Positions 41,127-52,837 of a stretch of 64,000 nucleotides of DNA are shown one piece after another; the first letter of the stretch is position 1; every line of letters starts with the position of its first letter. This DNA comes from Frankiaceae bacterium. GTDB taxonomy: Bacteria > Actinomycetota > Actinomycetes > JAFAQI01. The position numbers and the translations under genes were made by a program. The stretch spans positions 130 to 64,129 of the forward strand of contig JAFAZI010000133.1 of NCBI GenBank assembly GCA_019239875.1, read 5' to 3'. The notes under the pieces were generated by a model. That model was not told the DNA's origin. It saw nothing but the letters and a program-made list of their open reading frames with translations, and ran no database searches.

Positions 41127-41935
41127 GGTACACCAATCTTCGCTTCGTGAAGGGGCACGGCACGGAGAACGACTTCGTCGTCCTCCCGCCGTACGACGGC
41201 GACCTCACGGCCGAGACCGTCGCCGCACTTTGCGATCGCCATGCGGGGATCGGTGCCGACGGCGTGCTGCGCGTCGTCCCGCAGGATGGCCGGTTCTTCA
41301 TGGACTACCGCAACGCCGACGGCTCCGTCGCCGAGATGTGTGGCAACGGGATCCGGGTGTTCGCCCGCTTCCTCGTGAGCTCAGGGCTGGCCGATCCTGG
41401 CGAGATCCCGATCGACACGCGCAACGGTGTCCTTGTCGTCACCGTCCCTGAGGACGGCGGCGACATCACGGCGGAGATGGGCCACCCCGCGCGGCTCGAT
41501 GACGCCAAGGTCACGGTCGGCTCGGCGTCCTGGCCCGGTGTCGGCTGGTCGATGGGCAATCCCCACCTGGTGGTTCTCGATGCCGCGCCGATCGACGAGA
41601 TCGACCTCGGGGTCGAGCCGGGGGTGGAGCCGGTCGCGTCGTTCCCCGACGGCGTGAACGTCGAGTTCCTCGAGCCGGTCGGGCCACGCCATGTGCGGAT
41701 GCGAGTATTCGAGCGCGGCGTGGGGGAGACCAGGTCGTGTGGGACAGGCGCGTGCGCCGCTGCGGTCGCGGCGATGGACGCCGCTGGCATTCGGACGTCG
41801 TACGTCGTCGACGTGCCTGGCGGGCGGCTGGTCGTGGAGTGGCGCGAGGACGGCATGGTGCTGATGACCGGGCCTGCGGTCCTGGTTGCCAAGGGGGACG
41901 TCGACCCGGAATTAATCCGATCGTCCCGAGGCTGA
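41123..41935 (+). CDS. dapF: diaminopimelate epimerase
   Basis: DapF motifs (NDF…, MCGNGIRVFARFL, catalytic Cys regions). Confidence 0.9.
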   Translation: MRYTNLRFVKGHGTENDFVVLPPYDGDLTAETVAALCDRHAGIGADGVLRVVPQDGRFFMDYRNADGSVAEMCGNGIRVFARFLVSSGLADPGEIPIDTRNGVLVVTVPEDGGDITAEMGHPARLDDAKVTVGSASWPGVGWSMGNPHLVVLDAAPIDEIDLGVEPGVEPVASFPDGVNVEFLEPVGPRHVRMRVFERGVGETRSCGTGACAAAVAAMDAAGIRTSYVVDVPGGRLVVEWREDGMVLMTGPAVLVAKGDVDPELIRSSRG

Positions 41936-41959
41936 AGTGGTGTCACCATCGACGTACCT

Positions 41960-43351
41960 ATGACTGCCGAACCCTTTGATCCGCAAGAGATAGCTGGCCT
42001 GGAGCTCGAGGAGCGCCGGGCACTTCGCCGTGTCGCGAACATCTCGACCGAGCTGACCGATGTCACCGAGGTCGAGTACCGGCAGCTGCGGCTGGAACGC
42101 GTCGTCCTGGTCGGCGTGTGGACCGAGGGGACGTTGGACTCGGCCGAGGCATCGATGGCCGAGCTGGCCGCGCTGGCGGAGACCGCGGGTTCGGTCATCC
42201 TGGACGGCGTCATCCAGCGGCGAGGGACGCCGGACGCCGCGACGTTCATCGGCTCGGGTAAGACCAAGGAGCTGCGCGAGATCGTGATCAGTACCGGCGC
42301 GGACACGGTGGTCTGCGACGGCGAGCTCACCCCAGGCCAGCTACGGCGGCTCGAGGACGCCGTCAAGGTCAAGGTGATCGACCGCACCGCCCTGATCCTC
42401 GACATCTTCGCCCAGCACGCTCGCAGCAAAGAGGGCAAGGCGCAGGTCGAGCTGGCTCAGATGGAGTACATGCTGCCGCGGCTGCGTGGCTGGGGTGAGT
42501 CGCTGTCCCGGCAGGCCGGCGGTCGAGTCGCCGGCGGCGGCGGCATCGGCACACGTGGCCCCGGTGAGACGAAGATCGAGACCGACCGGCGGCGGATCCG
42601 GGCCCGGACCGCCAAGCTGCGCCGCGAGATCGGTGCGATGAAGACGGCTCGCGAGGTGAAGCGGCAGGAGCGCCGCCGCCGCGCCGTGCCGTCCGTGGTG
42701 ATCGCCGGCTACACCAACGCGGGCAAGTCCTCGCTGCTCAACCGCCTGACCGACGCGGGTGTCCTCGTGGAGAACGCTTTATTCGCCACGCTGGACCCGA
42801 CGGTCCGCCGCGCGGAGACCGCAGACGGGCGGACGTTCACGCTCGCCGACACCGTTGGCTTCGTCCGGCACCTCCCGCACCAGCTGGTCGAGGCGTTTCG
42901 CTCGACGTTGGAGGAGGTCGCAGAGGCTGACCTCGTCATCCACGTGGTCGACGGGTCGGACGTCGACCCGATGTCGCAGCTCAGGGCGGTTCGAGAGGTG
43001 TTCGCCGACATCGGCGCTCTCGACGTGCCCGAGCTGGTCGTGATCAACAAGGCTGACGCCGCGTCGCCAGAGGCCATCGCACAGCTCCGCCGCGCCGAAC
43101 CGGGTGCGGTGGTCGTGTCCGCTCGCACCGGCGACGGGCTCGAGGCGCTTCGGTGCCGGATCTCCGACCTCGTCCCGCGCCCGGACATCCCGGTCACTCT
43201 GCTCGTCCCGTTCGACCACGGGGAGATCGTGGCCAAGGTGCACCAGCACGGCGAGGTCAAGACGGTCTCCCACAGCGCCGAAGGCACTCATATGGAGGCC
43301 CGACTTCCCGCCTGGCTCGCCGGCGAGGTCAGTTCGTACGCCGTGACGTGA
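41960..43351 (+). CDS. hflX: GTPase HflX
   Basis: HflX N-domain and G domain (GYTNAGKSSL…, DTVGF). Confidence 0.9.
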   Translation: MTAEPFDPQEIAGLELEERRALRRVANISTELTDVTEVEYRQLRLERVVLVGVWTEGTLDSAEASMAELAALAETAGSVILDGVIQRRGTPDAATFIGSGKTKELREIVISTGADTVVCDGELTPGQLRRLEDAVKVKVIDRTALILDIFAQHARSKEGKAQVELAQMEYMLPRLRGWGESLSRQAGGRVAGGGGIGTRGPGETKIETDRRRIRARTAKLRREIGAMKTAREVKRQERRRRAVPSVVIAGYTNAGKSSLLNRLTDAGVLVENALFATLDPTVRRAETADGRTFTLADTVGFVRHLPHQLVEAFRSTLEEVAEADLVIHVVDGSDVDPMSQLRAVREVFADIGALDVPELVVINKADAASPEAIAQLRRAEPGAVVVSARTGDGLEALRCRISDLVPRPDIPVTLLVPFDHGEIVAKVHQHGEVKTVSHSAEGTHMEARLPAWLAGEVSSYAVT

Positions 43352-44022
43352 GGGTCGCCGTACGGCGAGCCATCGTCGCCGTCCTCGCGGCGGCCGCAGG
43401 CGTGCTGCCGGCCGCTGCCGCGCAGGGCGCGACCACTGTGACGCTGTCGACACACTCCGTCTCGGTGTCGGCCGACACCGGCGCTGCGGGACACGCGACG
43501 GTGACGGTGACCGCGCCGGTCGACGGCGCAACGGTGTCGAACAAGATCACTGCAGGTGACTCGGAGTGGTCGGTGACGCCGGCAACATGCGACCTCGACT
43601 CCGACCAGTCGTGCGTGCTTCACCTGACCTTCGACGCGCCCGGGCCGGGCTCGTCATATCCGGGCACCCTTACGGTGACCGATTCGATCGGCCACGACGA
43701 GGTCGCCTTGACCGGGACCCAGGTGCCCCCGGTCGCGTCGATCACGGCGAACCGGACGGCCGTGGTCAAGGGGCGGGCCGTCACGCTGACGGGTGCCGTC
43801 AAGACCGGCAAGGCGCATGCCGCGATGGCCGGTGAAACCGTTGTCCTGCAACGCAAACCGGTCGGCGGGTCGTGGTCGAATCTTGCGACGGGGCTGTCGG
43901 ATGCTGCCGGGCAGTCGGTGTTCCGCCGGCATCCGAAGCGAACCGCGAAGTACCGGGTTCAGGTGCGAACCGATGGCGCCACACAGGCGACCAGCAGCGT
44001 GGTGAAGGTCGCCGTCCGCTGA
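43348..44022 (+). CDS. secreted hypothetical protein (Ig-like β-rich)
   Basis: GTG start overlapping the hflX stop; N-terminus MRVAVRRAIVAVLAAAAGVLPAAAAQG is a signal peptide. Composition is Thr/Val-rich and β-strand-like. Confidence 0.5.
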   Translation: MRVAVRRAIVAVLAAAAGVLPAAAAQGATTVTLSTHSVSVSADTGAAGHATVTVTAPVDGATVSNKITAGDSEWSVTPATCDLDSDQSCVLHLTFDAPGPGSSYPGTLTVTDSIGHDEVALTGTQVPPVASITANRTAVVKGRAVTLTGAVKTGKAHAAMAGETVVLQRKPVGGSWSNLATGLSDAAGQSVFRRHPKRTAKYRVQVRTDGATQATSSVVKVAVR

Positions 44023-44055
44023 TGGCTGTATCGACGGCAGAAGATCCGCCCTCCA

Positions 44056-45132
44056 TCAGTCGGCTTCAACCAAGGTCGCCACTTTCCGCGCTGTCGTAGC
44101 AGCGAGGATCTTGTGGCCGGCGCGGGATGTGACGAGTGCCTCCCCGTACGCGGACACCATGGGGTGTCTGTGACCGTTCCCGACTCGCTGCGTGCCTTGA
44201 ACACGTTTCCTCTGGTCGCCGGTGCGGCTCGTCAAAAGCGGTCGATCGAGCCCGCGCCCTTGCAAGCGGAACCAGAAGAGGGTTTGAGCTCCCGCAATGG
44301 CTACCGGCCCGGTTCCGTGATGTTTGCCATCGCGGGTGATGATCGGGGGTGATCCGTCGAGGGCGACGAGTGCCGGAACCTTGTAGCGATGTTGGATGCC
44401 ACGTAGCGCACACGCTGCATATCTCTCGGACATGCCGAGGCACCTTGTCGTATCCGATCTTCCGTCACGCAGGACGTCCGCCTTCGTCGGGTGGTCGAAG
44501 GTGACATAGCGCAGCTTTCGGCCGTGGCTCAGCACGACTGCAGAGTCGCTCGCGTAGGCAAACGACACAGCCGAATTCCTGAACAGCCGGACCCACCTCG
44601 TGACGACGCCGGTGAAGCTCTCCAGCTTGAGAGCGCCGCGACCAGTGATGAACAACACCCCGTCCGGCTCGGCCGAGATGTAGGTAGAGAAACGCTGGCC
44701 GCCGCGCGGCGATTGATGGCCGGGCAGCGTGAGCAGCCCGGATTCGCCGGTCGCAACGTTCCACCACTGCACCGCGTTGCCGGGCGAGCTCAGCGCCTCG
44801 GCAGCGAGCGTGTTCCCGGACAGCGACCAGTTGTCGTAGCGGGTGAAAGGGAAGTCGGTCTCCAATGTGCGGCTCGCACCGTTGTCGCTCCGGACGATGA
44901 GTCGGGCCGTTATCTCGGAGCATCCCCTCGTGCGGTTGGGAATTCGCCCATAGACCAACGCGTGCGGCGACCCGGCGAACACCTGAAAGCAGTCGCGGCG
45001 GTGACTCGGGCGAGTTGCCAGCGACGGCAACGTCTGGACTGCCGATGCCTCCGCTACCGCGGTGGCAGTCATCGTGACTGCCGCCGCGAGGGCAACACCA
45101 AGAGCGCGTCCGCTGATCGGCCGAGATGTCAT
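44056..45132 (-). CDS. secreted hypothetical protein
   Basis: Start at MTSRPISGRALGVALAAAVTMTATAVAEA (signal peptide). No recognised domain. Confidence 0.5.
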   Translation of the reverse strand: MTSRPISGRALGVALAAAVTMTATAVAEASAVQTLPSLATRPSHRRDCFQVFAGSPHALVYGRIPNRTRGCSEITARLIVRSDNGASRTLETDFPFTRYDNWSLSGNTLAAEALSSPGNAVQWWNVATGESGLLTLPGHQSPRGGQRFSTYISAEPDGVLFITGRGALKLESFTGVVTRWVRLFRNSAVSFAYASDSAVVLSHGRKLRYVTFDHPTKADVLRDGRSDTTRCLGMSERYAACALRGIQHRYKVPALVALDGSPPIITRDGKHHGTGPVAIAGAQTLFWFRLQGRGLDRPLLTSRTGDQRKRVQGTQRVGNGHRHPMVSAYGEALVTSRAGHKILAATTARKVATLVEAD

Positions 45133-45347
45133 GCCTACCCAACGCGTTCTGCATGGCGATGGTTGACATCGCTGGCGCGGCATCAGGGAATCGACTGGTA
45201 GACTTCAAGAATCGGATGGCCTCGCGGCCGTCTTCTTCCGTGGGCAAGCCGCCCACGAGGTCGCACGTAGCAACAGTCGCTCCTCACACATCGATGGGCT
45301 TCAACAGACGAACGCGGCCCCTCATCGATGTCTTTGGAGTTCGTTTC

Positions 45348-46853
45348 ATGCCTGCCTCACCATCGCGCGGCCGTGGCCGCGCGCCACAAACCGATCGCGG
45401 CCGCGGCCGCGCCCCGCAGCCGCAACGGTCCCGTCACAAGCGGCCGTCGTCACCCAGGCCGCCCCGCGTCTCCGTCCTCGAGCAGGCGCTCGATGCGGCG
45501 GCCCAACTGCCGGAGCCGGCGCCTCGCGACTTCGCACAGCTCGGGCTGCCGTCGCCGCTGGTCACAGTGCTCGCGCGCCGTGGCATCCACCAGCCGTTCG
45601 CCATCCAGGCACGCACGCTGCCGGACGCCCTTGCGGGTCGCGACGTGCTCGGCCGGGCACAGACCGGCTCGGGCAAGACCCTCGGTTTCGGTCTGCCGAT
45701 GCTCACGCGACTGGTGCCCGGCAGCAATCGACGTACGCCGCCTGGCGCGCCGCGTGGCCTGGTCCTGGTCCCGACGCGCGAGCTCGCCCGTCAAGTGGCG
45801 GACGCGATCGCGCCGCTCGGCCACCCGCTCTACCTGCGGGTCACCACCGTGTACGGCGGGGCCCCCATGGGTCGTCAGATCGAGGCGCTGCGCCGTGGCG
45901 TCGACATCGTGGTGGCCACTCCCGGCCGCTTGATCGACCTGCTGGAGCGCGGTGCGCTGCACCTCGGCGACGTCGAGATCAGTGTGCTGGACGAGGCGGA
46001 CCACATGGCCGACCTCGGATTCCTGCCTGCTGTGACCCAGATCCTCGACCAGACGCCCGCCGGGACCCAGCGAATGCTGTTCTCGGCGACGCTGGACCGT
46101 GGGGTCGATCGCCTGGTCGAGCGCTACCTGAGCGATCCGGCGATCCACGCGATCGCAGCGGCGGCCTCGCCGGTCGAAGACGTCGACCACCATCTGTTCG
46201 TGGTGCGCCGCGAGCACAAGGTTTCGATCGCCACGCAGATCGCGATGCGACCGGCGCGGACGCTGTTCTTCGTGCGCACCAAGCACGGCGCCGATCGGCT
46301 CGCCAAACAGCTCACGACCGGTGGCGCAGCTGGCGTGGCCATCCACGGCAACCTGAACCAGGGTCAGCGCCAGCGCGCACTCGACGGGTTCGCGAGCGGT
46401 CGCAGCCGTGTCCTGGTGGCGACCGACGTCGCCGCGCGTGGGATCCACGTCGATGACGTGGACCTCGTCGTCCACTTCGACCCGCCTGCGGACCCCAAGG
46501 ACTACCTGCACCGCTCGGGTCGCACCGCGCGGGCCGGCTCGACCGGCACCGTCGTCTGCTTCGCCGAGCCCGACCAGCAGCGTGAGGTGGCCAGGATGCT
46601 GGCCGGCGCCGCCGTGTCGGCAGCGACCGCCGAGGTGCGGCCGGACGCCGAGATCGTTGCCGAGCTGGCTCGCTCCGGCGAGCCGGTGGTCCTCACCGCG
46701 TTGCCGGTGCGCGATGCGCGCCCGCAAGGGGCCCAGCACGGGCAGCGCCGTACCGGGGCGAAGCCGTCGGGCCGCACCCCGCGCTCACGCAACCCGCAGC
46801 CCGGCAACCGCGCCGAGCGCCGCGCCGCGCACCACGCGAAGCAGCCGCGCTGA
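45348..46853 (+). CDS. DEAD-box ATP-dependent RNA helicase
   Basis: Q-motif, Walker A (AQTGSGKT), DEAD-box (VLDEADHM), SAT and HRSGRTAR motifs. Arg-rich N- and C-terminal tails. Confidence 0.88.
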   Translation: MPASPSRGRGRAPQTDRGRGRAPQPQRSRHKRPSSPRPPRVSVLEQALDAAAQLPEPAPRDFAQLGLPSPLVTVLARRGIHQPFAIQARTLPDALAGRDVLGRAQTGSGKTLGFGLPMLTRLVPGSNRRTPPGAPRGLVLVPTRELARQVADAIAPLGHPLYLRVTTVYGGAPMGRQIEALRRGVDIVVATPGRLIDLLERGALHLGDVEISVLDEADHMADLGFLPAVTQILDQTPAGTQRMLFSATLDRGVDRLVERYLSDPAIHAIAAAASPVEDVDHHLFVVRREHKVSIATQIAMRPARTLFFVRTKHGADRLAKQLTTGGAAGVAIHGNLNQGQRQRALDGFASGRSRVLVATDVAARGIHVDDVDLVVHFDPPADPKDYLHRSGRTARAGSTGTVVCFAEPDQQREVARMLAGAAVSAATAEVRPDAEIVAELARSGEPVVLTALPVRDARPQGAQHGQRRTGAKPSGRTPRSRNPQPGNRAERRAAHHAKQPR

Positions 46854-46865
46854 TCGGCGCGGCGG

Positions 46866-47576
46866 TCAGATGCTGCGCAGGATGGCAGTGACGCGACCGA
46901 GGATGGTGGCGTCGTCGCCGTCGATGGGGGAGTAGTCGGGGTTGTGCGGCAGCAGCCAGACGTGGCCGTTCTTGCGGGACAAGGTCTTGACCGTCGCCTC
47001 GTTGTCCAGCAGCGCTGCCACGATCTCGCCGTTCTCGGCTGAGGGCTGGCGGCGTACGACGACCCAGTCGCCGTCGCAGATCGCCGCCTCGATCATCGAG
47101 TCACCGACCACCTGGAGCAGGAACAGCTCGCCGTCGCCGACGATCTGGCGCGGCAGCGGGAAGACGTCCTCGATGGCCTGCTCGGCAAGGATCGGCCCGC
47201 CGGCGGCGATCCGGCCGACCACCGGCACGTAGCTCGGCGTCGGCCGGTCATCGCCTTCACCGGTCGGGTCGTCGGGGACGGCGGCAGGCACGCGAACCTC
47301 GACCGCGCGCGGCCGGTTGGCATCGCGACGCAGGAACCCTTTCTTCTCCAGCGTCGTGAGCTGATGGGCCACGCTCGACGTCGACGTGAGCCCGACCGCC
47401 TCCCCGATCTCGCGCATCGACGGCGGGTAGCCGCGCCGCTCGACCGAGTCCCGGATCACCTCGAGGACCTTGCGCTGGCGGGGGGTCAGCCCCGACGCGT
47501 CCGGGGGACCGTCGGGAATCTCGGTCACTTGGGCGGTCGCCTGGGCTGGCTTTCGGTGCTCATCGCTTTTGGCCAT
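46866..47576 (-). CDS. lexA: LexA repressor
   Basis: wHTH N-domain (…[26 protein letters not shown]…) and S24 peptidase C-domain with the Ala-Gly cleavage site and Ser/Lys dyad (GDSM…K). Start at MAKSDEH…. Confidence 0.92.
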   Translation of the reverse strand: MAKSDEHRKPAQATAQVTEIPDGPPDASGLTPRQRKVLEVIRDSVERRGYPPSMREIGEAVGLTSTSSVAHQLTTLEKKGFLRRDANRPRAVEVRVPAAVPDDPTGEGDDRPTPSYVPVVGRIAAGGPILAEQAIEDVFPLPRQIVGDGELFLLQVVGDSMIEAAICDGDWVVVRRQPSAENGEIVAALLDNEATVKTLSRKNGHVWLLPHNPDYSPIDGDDATILGRVTAILRSI

Positions 47577-47607
47577 GCGCGAACCGTAGCGATCCGACAC
47601 GCCGGAT

Positions 47608-47623
47608 TCAAACACCTGTTCGA
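47608..47623 (+). promoter_or_regulatory. LexA box 1 in the lexA / LysM-gene divergent region
   Basis: TCAAACACCTGTTCGA, one mismatch from TCGAAC-N4-GTTCGA. Confidence 0.65.
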
Positions 47624-47657
47624 ACGTGTCGCGATTTTGTCGGGGAGGGGTGCTATA

Positions 47658-47689
47658 ACGAACATGCGTTCGATCGAACACCGGTTCGA
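47658..47689 (+). promoter_or_regulatory. LexA boxes 2 and 3 (abutting)
   Basis: ACGAACATGCGTTCGA immediately followed by the perfect TCGAACACCGGTTCGA. Confidence 0.7.
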
Positions 47690-47718
47690 ACGCAGGATCG
47701 ATAGAGAGGACTTCCCCG

Positions 47719-48015
47719 ATGGCAACCGTACGACTCACTCGACGTGGCCGGATCGTGCTCGTGCTGGCCGTGATGCTGATGCTCGTCATCGCCGGCTTCG
47801 TGCTCGGCCAGGGCTCCGGCCAGGCAGCTGGCCACCCCCGCCAGGCTCAGCACACGCTCATCATGCAGCGCGGCGAGTCCCTGTGGGCGGTGGCCGCCCG
47901 GGTCGCGCCGCACCAGGACCCGCGCCTTGTGGTGGCCGACATCGAGTCGTTGAACCACCTCTCGAGCGCCGCCGTCACGCCCGGCCAGCAGCTCGTCATC
48001 CCGACGTACCCGTGA
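47719..48015 (+). CDS. LysM-domain membrane protein (equivalent of the SOS-regulated Rv2719c-type gene divergent from lexA)
   Basis: N-terminal TM segment, then LysM ([18 protein letters not shown]…QQLVIP). Confidence 0.75.
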   Translation: MATVRLTRRGRIVLVLAVMLMLVIAGFVLGQGSGQAAGHPRQAQHTLIMQRGESLWAVAARVAPHQDPRLVVADIESLNHLSSAAVTPGQQLVIPTYP

Positions 48016-48110
48016 TTGGTGGGTGGTGCCGACACGCCAGGGAAAAACTTTTCCGAAAGTGCTTGCGCCAGCCCTTGTGAGGTCGTAACGTCCCGGCCCA
48101 ACATCTTGTG

Positions 48111-48167
48111 TTACACCGGTGTAATTCATCCACAGATTGTGGAACACCGCATTCACAGGGTGTGGAT
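48111..48167 (+). promoter_or_regulatory. three ACA-N-TGT palindromes upstream of nrdR (candidate NrdR/operator sites)
   Basis: TTACACCGGTGTAA (perfect 14-bp palindrome), CCACAgatTGTGG, TCACAgggTGTGG. Confidence 0.35.
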
Positions 48168-48223
48168 GACCCAGACAAGCAGCACAGCCGAGCGTGATCG
48201 CGACCAGTAGGAGGTGAATAGCG

Positions 48224-48724
48224 GTGCATTGTCCGTTCTGCCGCTATCCGGACTCCCGAGTGGTCGATTCCCGCGAGACCGACGACGGCGCCGCCATCCG
48301 CCGCCGCCGCTCCTGCCCGGAGTGCGAACGACGGTTCACGACGCTGGAAACCGCGAGTCTGGCCATCATCAAGCGCTCGGGAGCAACCGAGCCGTTCAGC
48401 CGGAGCAAGGTGATCGACGGCGTCCGCAAGGCCTGCTCAGGCCGACCGGTCGACGAGGATGCCCTGGCCCGGCTCGGACAGCAGGTCGAGGAGACGGTGC
48501 GGGCCAGTGGTGCGGCGGAGATCCCCGCGCATGAGGTCGGCATGGCCATTCTCGAGCCGCTGTCCGAGCTGGACGAGGTCGCCTACATCCGGTTCGCAAG
48601 CGTCTACCGCAACTTCACTTCCCTCGATGACTTCGTCATCGAAGTCGCGGCCATGCGGGAGCGGGAAACCGCGCCTGACCCAGCCGATTCGGGAGCAATC
48701 CCGGCCACCACAGCGTTGAACTAA
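48224..48724 (+). CDS. nrdR: transcriptional repressor NrdR
   Basis: Zn-ribbon ([16 protein letters not shown]…CPECERRF) and ATP-cone. GTG start with GGAGGTG 7 nt upstream. Confidence 0.93.
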   Translation: MHCPFCRYPDSRVVDSRETDDGAAIRRRRSCPECERRFTTLETASLAIIKRSGATEPFSRSKVIDGVRKACSGRPVDEDALARLGQQVEETVRASGAAEIPAHEVGMAILEPLSELDEVAYIRFASVYRNFTSLDDFVIEVAAMRERETAPDPADSGAIPATTALN

Positions 48725-48741
48725 GGACGAGGGAGCACCAC

Positions 48742-51564
<2,823 letters not shown>

Positions 51565-51570
51565 GCCTGG

Positions 51571-51666
51571 TTTGTGAAGACCTACGCGTAGCCCGCTACG
51601 GCAGGCGCTTCACAAATCGCGAGGACCGGCGGGTCGGCTGAGAGGGGAAGCTCGGCCGACCCGCCG
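51571..51666 (+). terminator. two tandem GC-rich hairpins downstream of nrdJ
   Basis: TTTGTGAAG…CTTCACAAA, enclosing the palindrome CTACGCGTAG, followed by the CGGCGGGTCGGC…GCCGACCCGCCG stem. No U-tract. Confidence 0.45.
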
Positions 51667-51758
51667 CATCACGTTGGCCGGCCGAGGTGTGCAGGTTTAG
51701 TGACGACAGGTCGTCGGTAGGTCTGCACGCTCTGGGGCCGGCCAAGGATTGGTATGGG

Positions 51759-52502
51759 ATGCAGGTCACGATCGTCACCGGTGGCGGGCGGGGGATCGGT
51801 GCTGCCTGCGTACGGCGCCTCGCCGCGGCCGGGCATGCGGTCGCGGTCAACTATCGATCGGATGAAGCCGCCGCGGCCGCTGTGGTGCAAGCGGTTCTCG
51901 ACGCTGGCGGCCGGGCGGTTGCGATCCAGGCCGACGTGACCGACGGCGCCGACCTCGAGCAGTTGTTTCGCACCACCCATGACGAGCTCGGTCCGGTCAC
52001 GGGACTGATCAACAACGCGGGCGCCACTGCTCACATCGCCGATCTCGCCGACACGCCGGTCGAGACCGTGCGCTCGGTCATCGACCTCAACCTCACCGCC
52101 GCCGTGCTGTGCGCCCGGCAAGCCGCGATCGTGATGTCCACGCGCCGCGGCGGCGGGGGAGGCTCGATCGTCAACATCTCCTCCGGCGCCGCGACGCTGG
52201 GCTCACCGCACGAGTACGTTCACTACGCCGCCGCCAAGGCCGGGATCGACACCCTCACCGTGGGCCTGGCCAAGGAGCTCGCGGGCGACGGGATCCGCGT
52301 CAACGCCGTTGCCCCCGGCCTGATCAACACGACGATTCACGCCGATGCCGGTGACGCCGGGAGGCTCGACCGCGCGAAAGATCGCGTGCCGATGGCCCGA
52401 GCCGGTGAGGTCGATGAGGTGGCGCCTGCGGTCGCGTGGTTGCTCAGCGCCGAGGCGACGTACATCACGGGCGCCGTCATCCGGGTCGCGGGTGGCCTGT
52501 GA
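51759..52502 (+). CDS. SDR-family oxidoreductase
   Basis: TGGGRGIGAA Rossmann motif and the YxxxK catalytic region; start at MQVTIVTGG. Confidence 0.8.
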   Translation: MQVTIVTGGGRGIGAACVRRLAAAGHAVAVNYRSDEAAAAAVVQAVLDAGGRAVAIQADVTDGADLEQLFRTTHDELGPVTGLINNAGATAHIADLADTPVETVRSVIDLNLTAAVLCARQAAIVMSTRRGGGGGSIVNISSGAATLGSPHEYVHYAAAKAGIDTLTVGLAKELAGDGIRVNAVAPGLINTTIHADAGDAGRLDRAKDRVPMARAGEVDEVAPAVAWLLSAEATYITGAVIRVAGGL

Positions 52503-52837
52503 CCCCCGCCGACCGGCTCGCGGCGGATCGCGAGACGACGCTCGAGCAGATCGACGACCTGAGCGCCGAGCTCGCCGACATCGTCGCCTCCACCGACCTC
52601 GTCGCGACCGACGACGAGCACGATCCGGAGGGCGCCACGATCGCGTTCGAGCGCGCCCGGATCGATGCGTTGCTCGACGCCGCGAGAGATCACCTCGCCG
52701 CGATCGGGCACGCCGAGGCGCGGCTGGCGGCCGGGGAGTACGGCGTGTGTGAGCGCTGCGGCCAGCCGATCAGTGAGGCGCGGCTGGAAGCGCGCCCGAC
52801 GGCAGCCACGTGCATCGACTGCGCCAACGCCGGCTAG
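52499..52837 (+). CDS. DksA/TraR-family C4 zinc-finger protein (short form)
   Basis: C-terminal CERCGQPISEARLEARPTAATCIDC. GTG start overlapping the SDR stop (GTGA). Confidence 0.6.
   Translation: MTPADRLAADRETTLEQIDDLSAELADIVASTDLVATDDEHDPEGATIAFERARIDALLDAARDHLAAIGHAEARLAAGEYGVCERCGQPISEARLEARPTAATCIDCANAG

Noticed and set aside
51571-51616. Possible regulatory RNA or attenuator because of the nested palindromes after nrdJ
   Set aside because: Its position directly after the nrdJ stop, and a second strong hairpin 10 nt later, fit a simple bipartite terminator. Nothing suggests a discrete RNA gene.
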